The notes under the pieces were generated by a model. The model saw only the letters and a program-made list of their open reading frames with translations. It made no database searches and was not told where the DNA came from. Source: the human T2T-CHM13v2.0 reference genome, Homo sapiens. Taken from it: DNA of 64,000 nt. Each line of letters starts with the position of its first letter. Position 1 is the stretch's first letter. Of the stretch, positions 44,790 through 58,960 are shown piece after piece. The stretch lies in the NCBI RefSeq assembly GCF_009914755.1, contig NC_060925.1, one strand, 5' to 3'. The position numbers were made by a program, and so were the translations under genes.

Positions 44790-47700
44790 AATATATTTTA
44801 ATCAATACATAATAGATGTACATATTTCAGGGTCCATGTGAGAATTTAATACATTCATATAATTTGTAAAGAGCAAATCAATGTAACTGGCATATCCATC
44901 ACCTTAAATAGTTGTCTTTTCTTTATGCTAACAACATTTAAATTATTCCCTTCTACCTATTGTGAAATATGTAAAAGATATTGTAAACTATAAATCACCT
45001 TACTGATCTATCAAATACTAGGTCTTATCTCTTCATTGAAACTGTAAATTTATATCCATTAATCAATCTATTCTTCCTCTCCCTCTCCCCATGACCCTCT
45101 CAGGCCTCTGGTAATCACCAATCTACTCTCTACCTTCATGAGGTTCACTTTTTTATCTCCCACATATGAAAGAGAACATGCAATGTTTGTCTTTCTATGC
45201 CTGACTTATTTTACTTAACATAATGACCTCCAGTTCCATCCATGTTGCTGTAAATAATAGGAGTTAAGTCTTTTTTATGGCTGAATAAGAGTCCATTGTG
45301 TATATGTACCACATTTTCTTTATCCATTCATTCATGATGGGCACTTAGGTTGATTTCATATTTTGGCTACTGTGAACAGCACTGCAATAAACATGGGAGT
45401 ACAGGTGTCTTTTCAATATATTGTTTTCCTTTCTTTTGGATATACACCCAGTAGTGAATTGCTACATTATACAGTAGTTCAATTTTTAGTTTCATGAGGA
45501 ACCCCCATACAATATTCTATAGTGGCTGTACAAATTTACATTCCCACCAACAGTGTAAATAGAGTTCCCCTTTCTCCACATCTTCACCAGCATCCATTAT
45601 TTCCTGCTTTTTTATTTTATCAAAGCCATTTTATCTGGGTGACATAATATTTCATTATGGTTTTGAGTTGCAATTCTCATCTCTTTAGTGATGATGAACA
45701 TTTTTTCATATACCTGTTGGCCATTTGTATGTCTTCTGAATAGGCAATAGGCAATATAAATGCCTATTCAGATCATTTTCCCATTTTTAATCAGATGTTT
45801 TGTTTTTGTTTTTTGCTTTTGAGTTGTTTAAGCTATTTATATATCCCAGTTATTAATTCATTGTCAGATAGACAGTTTGCAAGTATTTTCTCCCATTCTA
45901 TGGCATGTCTATTCACTTTGTTGATTGTTTCCTTTGTTGTGCAGAAGCTTTTTAGCCTGATGTAATCCCATTTTTCTGTTTTTGCTTCTCTTGCCAGTGT
46001 TTTTGAGATCTTACACAAATGCCTTTGCCTAGATCATGTCTGGGAGCATCTCCCCAATGCTTTCTTCTATTGGTTTTACAGTTTCAGGTCTCAGACTTAA
46101 GTATTTAATCCATTTTGAGTTGATTCTTGAATGCGGTAAGAGATAGGGGTCTATCTCTTCTGTCTCTTCTATCATTCTTCTGCATATGGATATCTAGTTT
46201 TCCCAGTGCCATTTATTAAAAAGACTGTTTCCTCATTGCAAGTTCTTGGTTCCTTTGTTAAAAATGAGTTGTCTGTAAATGCATGGATTTATATCTGGGT
46301 TCTCTATTCTATTCCATTGGTTTATGTGTTTGTTTTTATGCCAATACCATGTTGATTTGGTTTCTTTAGGTTTGTGCTATATTTTGAAGTAAGGTAGTGT
46401 AATGCCTCCAGCTTTGTCTTTTTTTTACTCAGATTGCTTCAGCTATTCTGGGTGTTTTGTGGTTCCATATAAATTTTAGAAATACTTTTCTATTTCTGTG
46501 AAGAATGTAATTGGTCTTTTGATATGTATTACATTGAATCTGTAAATTACTTTGGGTAAAATTGTCATTTTAATAATATTAATTCTTCTAATCCAAGAGC
46601 ATGGAATATCTTTCCATTTATTTGTATCTTACTCAATTTCTTTCATCAGCATTTTATAGTTTTACTTGTATAGATATTTTACTCCTTTAGTTAAATTGAT
46701 TCCTAGGTATTTTATATTCTTTGTAGCTATTGTTAATGGGACCACTTTCTTGATTTCTTTTCAGATTGCTTGCTGTTGGTGTATATAACTGCTATTGATT
46801 TCTGTACATTGAGTTTGTATTCTGCAACTTTACTAAATTTGTTCATCAGTTCTAACAGGTTTTTTGGTGGAGTCTTTAGGTTTTCTAATTATAAGAGCAT
46901 GTCATCTGTTAACAAGGCTAATTTGACTTATCCCTTTCCGATTTGGATGCCCTTTATTTCTTCTCTTGACAAATTGCCTCACCAGGATTTCCAGTATTGT
47001 GTTGAATAAAAGTGTAAGTGGGTATCCTTGTCTTGTTCCAGTTCTTCCAGGAAAGACTTTCATTTTTTCCCAGTTCAGTACAATGTTAGCCATAGGTTTG
47101 TCATACATGGCTTTTATTTTGATGTATGCACCTTCTATATCCAGTTTCTTGAGGGACTTTATAATAAAGCCATATTGAATTTTATCAAATGCTTTTTCAG
47201 CATCTATTGAAATGATCATATGGTTATTGTACTTGGTTGCCAAAAACAAAGAAACAATGAAAAAACTCTAAAATTTAACTGTATTTCTCCATATTTTGAC
47301 TTTATGTCGTCTCAATTTGTATATTTTTATGTTGTCTATCTCTTAACACGTTGCTGTACCTACTATTGTTTTTGATAAATTTGTCTTTTGGGCTTCATAC
47401 TGAAGTGATGAGTGGATTGCATGCTGCAATTACAGTATTAGAGTATTCTGGGTTTGTCTGTGTACTTAATTTATCAGTGGGTTTACTTTCAAATGTTTTC
47501 TTTCTGTGCATTAGTTTTTTATGTCTTGCAGTTTGAAGAACTCTCTTTAGTATTTCTTATAAGATGGGTCTCATAGTGGTAAATTACTTCAGCTTTTTAT
47601 CTGGGAAGGACTTCATTTCTCTTTCATATTTGAAGGATAGCTTTATTGTATGCAGTACTTTTATATGGCATTTGTTTTTTTATTTCAGCACTTTGAAAAT

Positions 47701-49400
47701 GTCATCCCACTTCCTCCTAGCTTGTATGGTTTCTGTTGAGTAGACTGTTGCCAAACAAACTGAAGCTTTTAAATATGTTATTTGCTTCTTTTCTCTTGCT
47801 GCTTTTAGGATCCTCTCTTTGTCACTGACCTTTAAGAATTTGATTGTTATATGCCTTGGAATAATCTTATTTTAATCAAATCTGGTCTTCTCTGACCTTT
47901 CTATATCTGGATATTTCTCTGTTTCTTACATTTTACAAAGTTTTCTGTTAATCTTTCTTTTAAAAAGCTTTCTACCTCTTGCTCTTGTTTACCTTCCTCT
48001 TGAACACCAATAATTCCTAGATTTTGTCTTTTCAGGTAGTTTTCTATATACCTTGTAGGTGATCTTCACTTGTTTTCATTCTTTTATCCCCACCTCTCTG
48101 TATTTTCAAATAGCCTGTCTCAAGTTTGTTGATGCTTTCCTCTGATCTAGTTTGCTATTGAGAGCCTCTAATGAATTTTTCACTTCAGCAGATGTATTTC
48201 TCAGATCCAAGATTTCTTTTTTAATTTCTTGAACCATTTTAATCTCTTTGTTAAATCTGTTGAGAAATGTCTGAATTTATCTTATGTACTATCTTGGTGA
48301 TCATGAGTTTCCTTAAAACTGTTTGAATTCTTGGTCATAGAGTTCACCTATCACCATCTTGTTAGGGTCACTCACTGTTTCCTTGCTTTTGTCAGCTTGA
48401 GAAGATCCTACTTCCCTGTTTAAAGAAGTTGTATGTCTGCAAACACACCACCGTCCTGCATATTATCAAGGATATGTATCTTTGAATTATTTTTAATTCC
48501 CTGAATTTATTAAACAGCAACTTTAGTATATTTTCTTTTGGAGCATCCTCTCATATATTACTCTTCTCTCCATTTCTTATGGATATATGTCTATGTCTTT
48601 GCATTGAAGGATTAGTTATTTATTGCAGTCTTCTCTGGCTTGCTTTGGTTTTTCTTAGGTATGTTTGCATAGAGATTCTTTGTAATTTTTCTGTTCATTT
48701 TCTTTCATTTTTTTTAATTCACTGGGTCACTGCCTCCTTTTTGGCACTAGATGGTGCCTCAGGTCCAGGTTTGCCTTGTCTCCAGTAAACTATCAGAATA
48801 CCACCTTTCCCAAATAGGGGAGGTTCCAAAGGGGATATCCTGGTAGTGTGAGGAGGCTGGCTGAGGATTGGTGCCCAGGAAACCTGTGGAGCAAAACTAC
48901 TACAGTGTGGTGCTGCTGAACAGCCACTCTGATTTGGCATCTCCTTTTACTGAGTTACAGAGCAGAATTTCCAGGGCTGGTGATGGTAGTCCCATCTCCC
49001 CACATTGTCTCTGGATGTCCTCACAGAGATAGAGCCCTTCGGGCACTCCTGATGCTTCCTGTGGGTTGAGGCAGGTAAAGGTCTCCTGCCAGGTAACCTA
49101 AGACGGTCGGGAAACTGTCCACTTCAATCGCACTTTTCCAGTGCAGAAATCAAGGGTCAGGAAAATATTTTCCACAAGCGTGGTGCTGAATATATTGGGG
49201 AGATGGGCATTGTGGATATGAAAGTCCAATTTTCTTACCATCTGCTCGGAGATTTTCACTTCTCTGTGACTTTGGGAACTGTCTTGTCCTCATATTTGAG
49301 TTCTGGGATATTGCTGTGATAATCTCAGTTCTGTACATTTGTTTCTGTTTTCTGTGGAGAGGAGTGAAGCCAGCTTGCTTCTATGTCATCATTTTGGAAC
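44790..49400 (-). mobile_element. L1MA-type element: 3' UTR and ORF2 3' part (44790-47230) joined to 5'/ORF1-region sequence (47240-49400)
   Basis: Minus ORFs 45833-46018 (KWDYIRLKSFCT) and 46902-47249 ([17 protein letters not shown]). Confidence 0.88.
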
Positions 49401-49562
49401 TGGAAGTTCTTTACACATATTTTGGTACATGAATTCATCAAGTGTTCAGACATTCTAGTTGTAGTTATTTCTTTTTAATTATGTCATATTGTCAGCAGAA
49501 TTACTATTTTATTACTGTTACTACTACATACTATTGTGCCACCCCCACAGTTGTCATCACTT

Positions 49563-49692
49563 TCTTCTTTATTTATTTTTAGAGATGGGATCTTGCTATG
49601 TTGCTCAGGCTGGACTCAAATCCTGGCCTCAAGCAATTCTGACTCAGCCTCCCAACTAGTTAGGATTACAGATGCATTTCACCCTCCCCAGA
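49563..49692 (-). mobile_element. Alu monomer (FLAM-like)
   Basis: tttagagatgggatcttgctatgttgctcaggctgg...ggattacag. TSD tcatcactt on both sides. Confidence 0.8.
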
Positions 49693-52510
49693 TCTCATCA
49701 CTTCCAGTTGTCCCTTGAAGTACAAAATACCATTGAAGATACAAAGGAGTGTAGGGAAAATAATTTGATATCACTTACCTTTACACAGGTGAATATCAAA
49801 ATGATACAAGTCAGATCAAATTTTTATGAAGACAGGTTCACATTACTATTCTTTAACATTTCATTCTAATATTTTTCCCCAATTTTTTCAAAACATTTTT
49901 GTTTGACCAGAGAAAAGAAATCTTCATACACTCTAAGATATTAACCTAAATTGTTATGGATTAAATAGCTCTAGATTATCTGGTTATGTTTACACAGGCT
50001 TTTTTTCTAATCGATTTGGTCATTTTTGTCAATCATTTATGTAACACTCAAGTTCTTCAATATTATTCCAGATCATGGTTATCAAAAATGATCAGAACAC
50101 TTTTAACAAAGATGAAATAAATGTAATATGACAAATTTAATTCTTTGCTTTCAAGTCAAGTCACTGAATATTTAATTATCCTACTGAGATGTTTATTATA
50201 AATTGTAGTAGGTAAAAAGTCAAAATGCAAAACCCATGTTCTTTTAATAAAAAGGAACACACATTTCCCTCCTTTTGTCCTTGGAGGAAAATGTGGTGAA
50301 GAGATCTTGGGACAGCTTGACAGGGAACTCTTAAATTTGGCAGTCTGTATGAGCATAGGAAATAAAGCTTACTTCTCAGTTAGAGAATTCTAGTGGCCAG
50401 AGATTGGCCAGAGCAGTTCTGCAATGAAAGGTTAAGCCTAGAATACCACAATATTGATCTATAGCATGGCATAGATGGATGAGTTTCTCAAGAGCCAAGT
50501 GGATGCCTTGCAAGATGGCTAGGTTTGAGCTAACTTGAAGGTACATGGCCCAGGACAGTGGCCTTCTGGCATGAGGAGACTCCAGCAGGAAGAGTCTTTG
50601 GAATGTTCTGCTCTTTTGGCACCACAAGTGATCAGCTATAAAGGGCAACACTCGTGTGAGGGAATTTGGCTATTCAAAGATTCTCATGAGGACCTCTCAA
50701 GAAAAACATACAATTGCCCAAGAAAGCATCACTTGCCAATGGAGAGCTGTGATTGTCAAACAGTGATGGCAGTGAAGTAATAAAATTGAAAGGGAACATA
50801 TTTGGATAAAATGGAATAGGAAAGAAAGAGTAAGAGGGAAGAAAAGAGCAAGCTACAATTAGGCCTGAGCTTTAGAAATGATAGAATCTTTGAACTAGAT
50901 GCGAGGCTAATATTTTGATGGTGATGGAATGGACTTTTTAATACTTGATCATGAATCTTAATTATCAAAGTGAGACTCATAACTAAAAATAATTGGAAAC
51001 CCATAAGATGTTCCTGTGGGGTATTTGAGAATTGAGGGAAGGATAGCCAAAACAGTGTGTTTAAGGCAGTAAGTAGCAGGTGAAAAGTAAAGGATTTTTT
51101 TTTCTCTTTGTATCTAATTGGATTAAGACAGCTCCATAAAATGGTTATATAAACTTAAACGATGAAAACATGAACCAGGGTGGTAGTGGTGGAAATGGAG
51201 AAGAGTAACATATATGAGAAGATGCTCCAACAGAAAATGTACTAAAATCAGTGTTTAATAAACTTAGGGGATTAAAAATACTTCAAAGATATATGTCCTC
51301 GATAATATGCAGGATGGTGGTACATTTGCAGAAGTGAGTGTTGGAAAAGATGATGAGTTAGATAAGAATTAACTTGTGAATCTCATGGTTATGGAAGTGA
51401 TGGGTGAATATCATGACATAAAATCAATAGGCAAGTGGGTATGTGGGATTAGAGTTTAGGAAGAAAACAGGGCCAGAGATCTTTGAGACATCAGTATGGC
51501 TTAAAATTGCAAGACTGAACTACCTGAGCAAGGTAGGGAGTCTTTTTCCTGAGGACACCCAGAATGCATAAGTGGGTTTTTAATGGAACCAATAAAAACA
51601 AAACAAAACAATGAATGTTTAGAGAACCAGGGACAAAGTGGCAGTTGAGGGCTAAAGTGAATTAGGAGGAAGAACTGGATTTTGCTGAAAGGCACTCAAA
51701 GGCTACTTCAGCGACCGAGCTGTTTCTATGGGAGCTACAAGAGGTAAAGAAGTTAGGAGGAGTTTGGGAAGAAGAGGGAGGTAAGGAAATGAAAATAGTG
51801 ATAGCAGAGCCATAATAATAAGCCCAATATTCTCTTTTCTATATATTCTGTCTTTCTGTTTACATTCTATATTCTGACACTATTCTATTAAGGTCTCCTT
51901 AAACAGAATGTGATAATCAGAACTCATGGCCATCAAATGAGTAATATTTCCTAAAAGCCATGGTGACCATAAGGCTATTGATTGGATCTGTACGAATTGC
52001 ACTTAGTGTAGTCCAAATTCTCTCTTTCAAGGTTCTACCCATATCCTTTAAAGGTTTAAGCAGACAGTTTTAGTCCATATTAAAAATAGTCTACAATTGC
52101 CCATATTGGTAAGCAAGTTTGGTATACAGGTGAAAACAAGTGATTTGACATTCTGTATCCTTCAGCCCAACACTCTCCCTATTAAAGCAAACAAACAGAA
52201 ATGTGGCCTTAATTTTTTCTTGTAATGTTAAATAATTAAATTAAATGTAAAATATTAATTTTTTCTTTTAATTTTACAAAACTGTAAAATCATTACTTCA
52301 GTTGAAGCTATCATTCACTGAGAAAAGTTAGGCAGAAAAAATCAAGGATAGAAGAGATTCCCTGATATCTAATGTCATAGCATAAAAAGTATATCATAGC
52401 ATGTCTCATAAAATTTGGTGAGGAAAAAAGGAGAATCCTCTTTCTCCACAAGCTCTGACCTCTTGAACCATACTTAACCCCACATTAAGTAATTTAAAAA
52501 TATAGGGGGA

Positions 52511-52810
52511 TGCCGGGTGCTGTGTGGGTCACATCTGTAATACCAGCAATTTAGGAGGCCAAGGCGGGAGGATGACTTGAGCCCAGGAGTTCGAAAGACC
52601 AGCCTGGGCGACACAGTGAGACCCCAACTCTACAAAATAATTTTAAAAATGTATTAGCTGGGTGTGGTGGCATATGCCTATTGTCCCAGCTACTCAGGAG
52701 GCTGAGGAAGTATTGCTTGAGCCTGGAAGGTCAAGGCTGCAGTGAGCTGCACTCCAGCTTGGGTGACAGAACGAGATCCTGTCTCAACAACAACAACAAA
52801 AAAGAAAAAA
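52511..52810 (+). mobile_element. AluJ
   Basis: ttgagcccaggagttc and ggtcaaggctgcagtgagc diagnostics. CAA/A tail. Confidence 0.9.
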
Positions 52811-54269
52811 ATATATAGATATTCATTAATAACGATAGTGGTTTAGCATTCATTTAGAGACATCTAACCTATGCTGTTATCAGAAAGATTTCTGCAAAGT
52901 TTGTGTATAAGAATATCATTGATCTCATTCAGCATCTAGAAGCAAATCTTAAAACAATTATTTGTGAGTGCTACGAAGACTTTATACCTCACACTCCTTA
53001 TCAATAACACATCCCCAAACTGATTTGGATGTGAAAAAACTGCCATGGTTCCAATTAAAGACATTAAAAGACATGATCTGAGTTCTTTCTCTACTTTCCC
53101 TTGAGCCTCATGCCTGGAAATGATGCATTTTGGAATACTAACAGTAATGTAATAAAACATCTTTCTTGTTTGTGTTATTTTCTTAGTGTCTCCATTTATG
53201 GGGAATAAATAACTAAACTTCATAGCACAGTACCTAGTGAAGCTGTCAGCTGCAGTGTTTGTCATATTTCTATCAAAGCCAGACCCAGCCCGTTATCTTC
53301 ATCCAGGTCAGTCTCTACATTCTCGAGGACCAGAATTAATGAATTAGCTATTGATTAAATTCCACTCTAGCAAATCCACCAAGACAAATAAATGAACTAC
53401 CCAGGGCACATGTAGGCCATGGCCAGACATGTCCGGGTTATCGATCAGTAGTTAGTATTCTTTTGGGATATAGAAGGAGCTGATGATAATATGAGAAGTA
53501 TGGAAAATGCAATGTAGAAACAGGGCTTGTCTCTGAAGCAGCAGCTTATAAAACTAGAAGGGTCCATTTGATTCTTCTATATTATTTGTGTGCTATGGAA
53601 TCTTTGGTTTATATATAAGAGGAAAAACATGCATAAGGGCTTGTACTGCTGAAGATGTAGTCAAAAACAAGGCATAAGTTAAGGCCAAAGACAAAGATGA
53701 GTTGGTACACTGCACGCATATAATCAAACAGGCTGGTATGCTATCTGTATGTTATTGAAATATATGAGTTAAATTTTACTGACTTCTGAATTTCACCAAA
53801 AATAAACAAAGAATCTAAGAAATGTATGGCTTCTTAGAAACCAAATTATTTTAAATGCTAGAGAAGTAGACCCCGTCTGCTGATGTTTTTCTGGAAGGAT
53901 TTCACATTTCATTTTGCATGTTGCTAATATGAAAGATTTTTTAAAACCAAAATAGAAACATAACTAACAAGTATACATTGCCAGAAGTATAATGAAATTA
54001 CACAAACAATACCATACACACACAAGGCTAACTGCTTTGGTGTTGGTATAATTTTGATTAATGGCTTGGCAGCCTATAGTTGCTCATTAGAGTCTTGCCT
54101 TTGGAAAATGTTACTCTGCTACTATGGATCATTTTAAGAAAGGAAAGATTTTACATGCCAATATTTGGTTATGAATGATTTCTATCAAGTTTTTGCTAGG
54201 CTTCTGACTGGGGGGGAAAAGGAAAGTTGCCAAAGGCATTGGAAGAAAGAAAACTGTGGTGGAGGGGGA

Positions 54270-57200
54270 CTTCCCATGCAGGCCAATATGGAATAAGCCC
54301 ATTACAGCTTATCTCTCCCACTGATTACAACTCAGTATCTGCAAAAATTATATAAAGTAACTACCTGAGGACTCTGAAAAGCTAACAATAAGGCTGATCA
54401 GGAGGGGAGACAAAACTTTAAGAATGAATGTTACAGGGTGAGTTTCCCATTTTTTTTCCCCCTCCTTTACTTCCCATCTTTAACCCAAGGGCAGTATCAG
54501 TGTGAAACTGTGAACTAGGGAAGCAAAATCCTAGAGAAAGTAAATTTTTTCCGGCTAGAGTATCTAGAACAAAATGCCTTGCAAGCCAGAGAGTATAGGG
54601 AAAACCCCCATTTTTGTTTTGTTTTGTCTTCTTTCTGCTGGGCCCTGCTCCGAGGATGATCAGAGCCAAGGAGCTGCACTGCGGCAGCTGTGGCCAAATT
54701 GGAATCTAAAGCCCCAACGGGGGGAAAAATCTTTCTGTCCAGAGAAATCAGGAAATGGGGCCTCTATAGTCCAAAGAATGTGGGGGAAGTCCTTGTTATT
54801 TTTTTTTCTCGAATTCCTCTTACCTCATTGCCTAAGAACAACTCCAGTTATGCAAATTTGGAGGCAGGCTGGGAGGCAAACATTTCAAAAGAAATCATAT
54901 CATTCTAGCCAAAAATCCAGGGAAGGAAGTCCAAAGGAGCTGGAAAGATGGGGGACATTTCAGAGAGAAGAAAGCTAGAAGCTAATTTTATGAATGAACG
55001 AACGCAAGTCCTGACTCAACTCCAAGCTGCACATTTATGGTTGCCTCACATGCATAGCCTATGCAAGCAGCACAGCGAAGATTTTGAGATCAGAACTATT
55101 ACATAATTCTACAGCCAAATCCCAAATTAGCCATTGTGCAGACACAGAGTAGTAAAGCAAAGTTTATAGCTTTGTTATGCTACTTTATGAAAAAATAGGA
55201 ACTGACTGTAGTCACTGGCAAAGGAAAACAGAATTTGGAGTCTGAAGCTAACCAGTTGGTAACCTGCTGAAAAAAGTAAATAAGAACTCTAACTTTCTTC
55301 AAAGGATTTTAACAGGAGTCAGATTTTTATAACGTAATATTCAAAATGTGAAGGAATCAATCGAAAAATCACCCAGAATTACACTAAGCAATTGAAAGCT
55401 GGAGTGGCTATATTAATATTAGACAAAATAAACTTAAGAACAAGGAAATTATCAGGAAGTAAAAGGGCTTATCACATAATGATACAAGAGCCAGTTTATC
55501 AAGACATTAACAATCCTAAACATGTATGCACTTAATAATAAAACATCAAAGTACATGAAGGAAAGACTAATAGATCTGAAGAAGAAATAGATAAAGCCAC
55601 AATGACATTTGGAGACTTCAACACCATTCTCACAATAACTGATAAAACAAGCAGGCAGAAAATCAGTAAGTATATAGATGATCTGAACACCATTATCACT
55701 CAACTTGATCTAATTGACATTTACAAAACACTCTATCTGACAACAACAGACTGTACCTTCTCCTCAAGTGCACATCCATTCACTAAGATAGATCATATTC
55801 TGGGCCCTGAAAAAACTGTAACTAATTTAAAAGAATTGGAATTCTAAAATTATGTTCTTAGATCATAATAGAATTAAACTGGAAACTCAGATAGAAACTT
55901 ATCTGAAAAATCCCCAAATACTTGGAAATTAAACAATACCCTTGTAAATAATCCATGGGTTAAAGAAGTCTCAAGAGAAATTAAAATATATTTTGAATAA
56001 ATGAAGTGCAATGCAACATTTCAAAATTTGTGAGCTTCATACCGAAGCAGGACTGAGAGAAAAGAAGAAAGGTCTCAAATCAATAATGAAAGTTTTCATC
56101 TTTAAGAAACTAGAGAAGCAATAGCAAGGCAAGAGGGAAGAAAACAATAGAGAGCAGAAATCACTGAAATGGAAAATAGAAAACAATGTAGATGATATAG
56201 AAAATAAATAAAGCCAAAAATGGTTCTTTGAAAAGATCTACAAAATTGATAAAACTCTAGGCTGAACAGAAAAACGGGGGCACTTACTACCAATATCAGA
56301 AATGAAAGAATAAAATCAATTGCAACAAATTGTTGTTTGTAGTACAAACATACTACAAACAACTTCCTGCTAATAAATTTGACAAATTTGATTAAATTAA
56401 CCTATTTTCTGCACCCACAAGATGACTAAACTCACTGGAGAATAAATTGCCAAATATCATACATTATTAAGGGAATTGAATTCCAAGTTAAAAAACCTTC
56501 CATCAAAGAAAAACTCCAGGCAAATATGGGTTTCACTGGTGAATTTTACCAAGATTTAAGAAATAATAACACTTTTGTACAATCTCTTCCACAAAATAGA
56601 AAAGAAGGAAATGCTTCCCAAGTTAGTATGAGACCAGAAATTACCATGATACCCAATCCAGGCAAAGGTATTACAAGAAAATCAAACACAGTCCAATATA
56701 TTTTATGAACACAGATGAACATTTTCTATAAGATAATAGTATATTGCATCCCCCAATATATGAAGAAGAAAATATGTCACAACGAAGTTCTGGTTATCCA
56801 GCGAATACAAACTAGTTCAATAATTTAAAATCAGTAAATATAATCGATCATAGTACAAATTTAAAATGTCAAAAAAGCATGTGACAAATTTCCATGTCCA
56901 TTTATAATGAAAATTGTCAGCAAATTAAAAATAAAAAGTAAGTTCTTCAACGTGATAAAAGGCATGGCCAAAAATTTCATACGTAACATCACATCTAAGG
57001 GTAAAAGACTGAAAGTTTTCTTTCAAAGATTGGGAACAAGTCAAGGATATGCTCTTATCACGTTATTAAACTATCCAGTGCAATAAGGCAGGAAAAAGAA
57101 ATAAAAGACATACTGATTGGAAATGAAAAAAATAAACAGTTTCTCTTTGTAGAAGATCTATATAGACTAGGGAATTACAAAAAAGCTCTTAAGACTTACA

Positions 57201-58960
57201 AGGAGTTTAGCAAGTTTGCTGGATGTAAGCTCACTATTCCAAAATTAATTGTGTTTCTACACACTAGCAACAATTGGATTTGAATTTGTTTTAAAGAAAC
57301 AATAATAATAGCACCCCCCAAATAAGTAATTAGGTATAAACTTAATAAAATATGTGCAGTATTTGCATACTGGATTATATAAAACACTGATAAAATAAAG
57401 GAAAGAAGATGCAAATAAATGAGCAAGAGTGTGTTCTTGAATCAGAACATTTGATATTGTTAAGATGTCAATTCTCTACCAATTGATCCACAAATTCAAT
57501 GCAGTTCTAATCAAAATCACATGTTTTGTAGATATCAATGACCTGTTTCTGAAATTTATATGGACAGGCAAAGTAGTGAGAAAGGCCAAAATGATTTTTA
57601 TAAAGGTCAAAGTTGGAGGACTCATACAATGTGATTTGACAGCTTACTATAGAGCTGTAGTAATCAAGATTGTGCGATATTGGTATAGATATACATATTG
57701 ATAAATTGAACATAAAAGAGAGTCCAAAAATGGCCTACAAAACGTGTTTAAATTGATTTTTGACAAAAATCTAAAAATATTCAATAAAGAAAAGATAATC
57801 TTTCCAAAAATTTTGTTGATACTATTAAATACTTACATGCCAAAAAAAATTAACCTTGACTCATGCCTCAGTGTATACAAAAATTAACACAAAACCAATC
57901 ATAGACATAAATTCAACATGTAAACATACAAATGTTCTAGGAAATAGACAAGAGAAAGTCTCTGTGACCTTAACTCAGGCAAAAAGTTCTTAGATAAAAT
58001 ACCAGATGCACAAACTGTCAAGGAAAAAGTAACAAATCTAACTCTCTTGGAAAGTTAAAACTCTTTCTCTTAAAAACACACAAATAAGATAATTGAAAAC
58101 AAATCATAAGGTAGAGAAGAAATATCTGTAAATCACATATGTGACAAAAACTCAAATCCAAAATATATTTAAAAAATTTTCAAAACTCAAAAAATAAGAA
58201 AACAAAGAATCTAATTAAGAAATTTGCAAAAGATTTGGAGATACCATTTCCCAGAGTAAACAAATGCCAAAGTGCATGCAAAAAGCAATTGCAAAGCTTA
58301 TCAGTATCATTAGTCATTAGGGAAAATGTAATTTAAGACCATAATAACACACCACAAACATCTATTAAAATGACTATTTAAAAAATAAGAGGAAAACACC
58401 TCATAGTATCTCATGTTCTAGCAAAAATGTAGAGCAACTTGAACTCTCATACAATGCTAGTAGGAATGAAAGATGTTACAGTCACTTTGTAAATCAGTCT
58501 GGCAGTTTATGACTCAGCAATCCAACTCCTGGGTATTTACCCACATGAAATGAAAATATATCTTCACACAAAAACCTGTATATAGATGTTTTACAGCAAC
58601 TTTAATCGTGGTCACGGAGAACTGAAAATTATCCAAACTGTGCACAAACTGTAGAACTTTCATATAATGGAATCTTACTCAGCAACAAAAACTGACAACT
58701 ACTAGTATGTATACAACTGCTAGTATGTATATAATAAGATGGACAAATCTTAAATGCATTATGCTAACTAAAAGAAGCCATTTGAATGGCTACATATTAT
58801 GTGATCCATTTACATGACAATATGGAAAAGGCAGAATTATACATAACAAAACATGGCAGTGTTTGCTTAGTTTTAGGAAGGGTAGAAGAGGGGTTAGCAA
58901 TAATGGAGACCGACATCATGATGCTGCTTCACATCCTGATTGTGGTAGTGTCTGTTCTTC
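54270..58960 (+). mobile_element. Old L1M (MC/MD-like), ~4.7 kb, degenerate
   Basis: Endonuclease remnant GDFNTIL...LDLIDIYKTL...FTKIDHILG (ORF 55602) and ORF2 remnant at 57465. Confidence 0.85.

Noticed and set aside
50380-50780. GC-richer stretch with overlapping short ORFs as a hidden exon or pseudogene
   Set aside because: Exons 47 and 48 already join in frame and the peptides are not recognisable. Probably an ancient repeat remnant that I cannot name.
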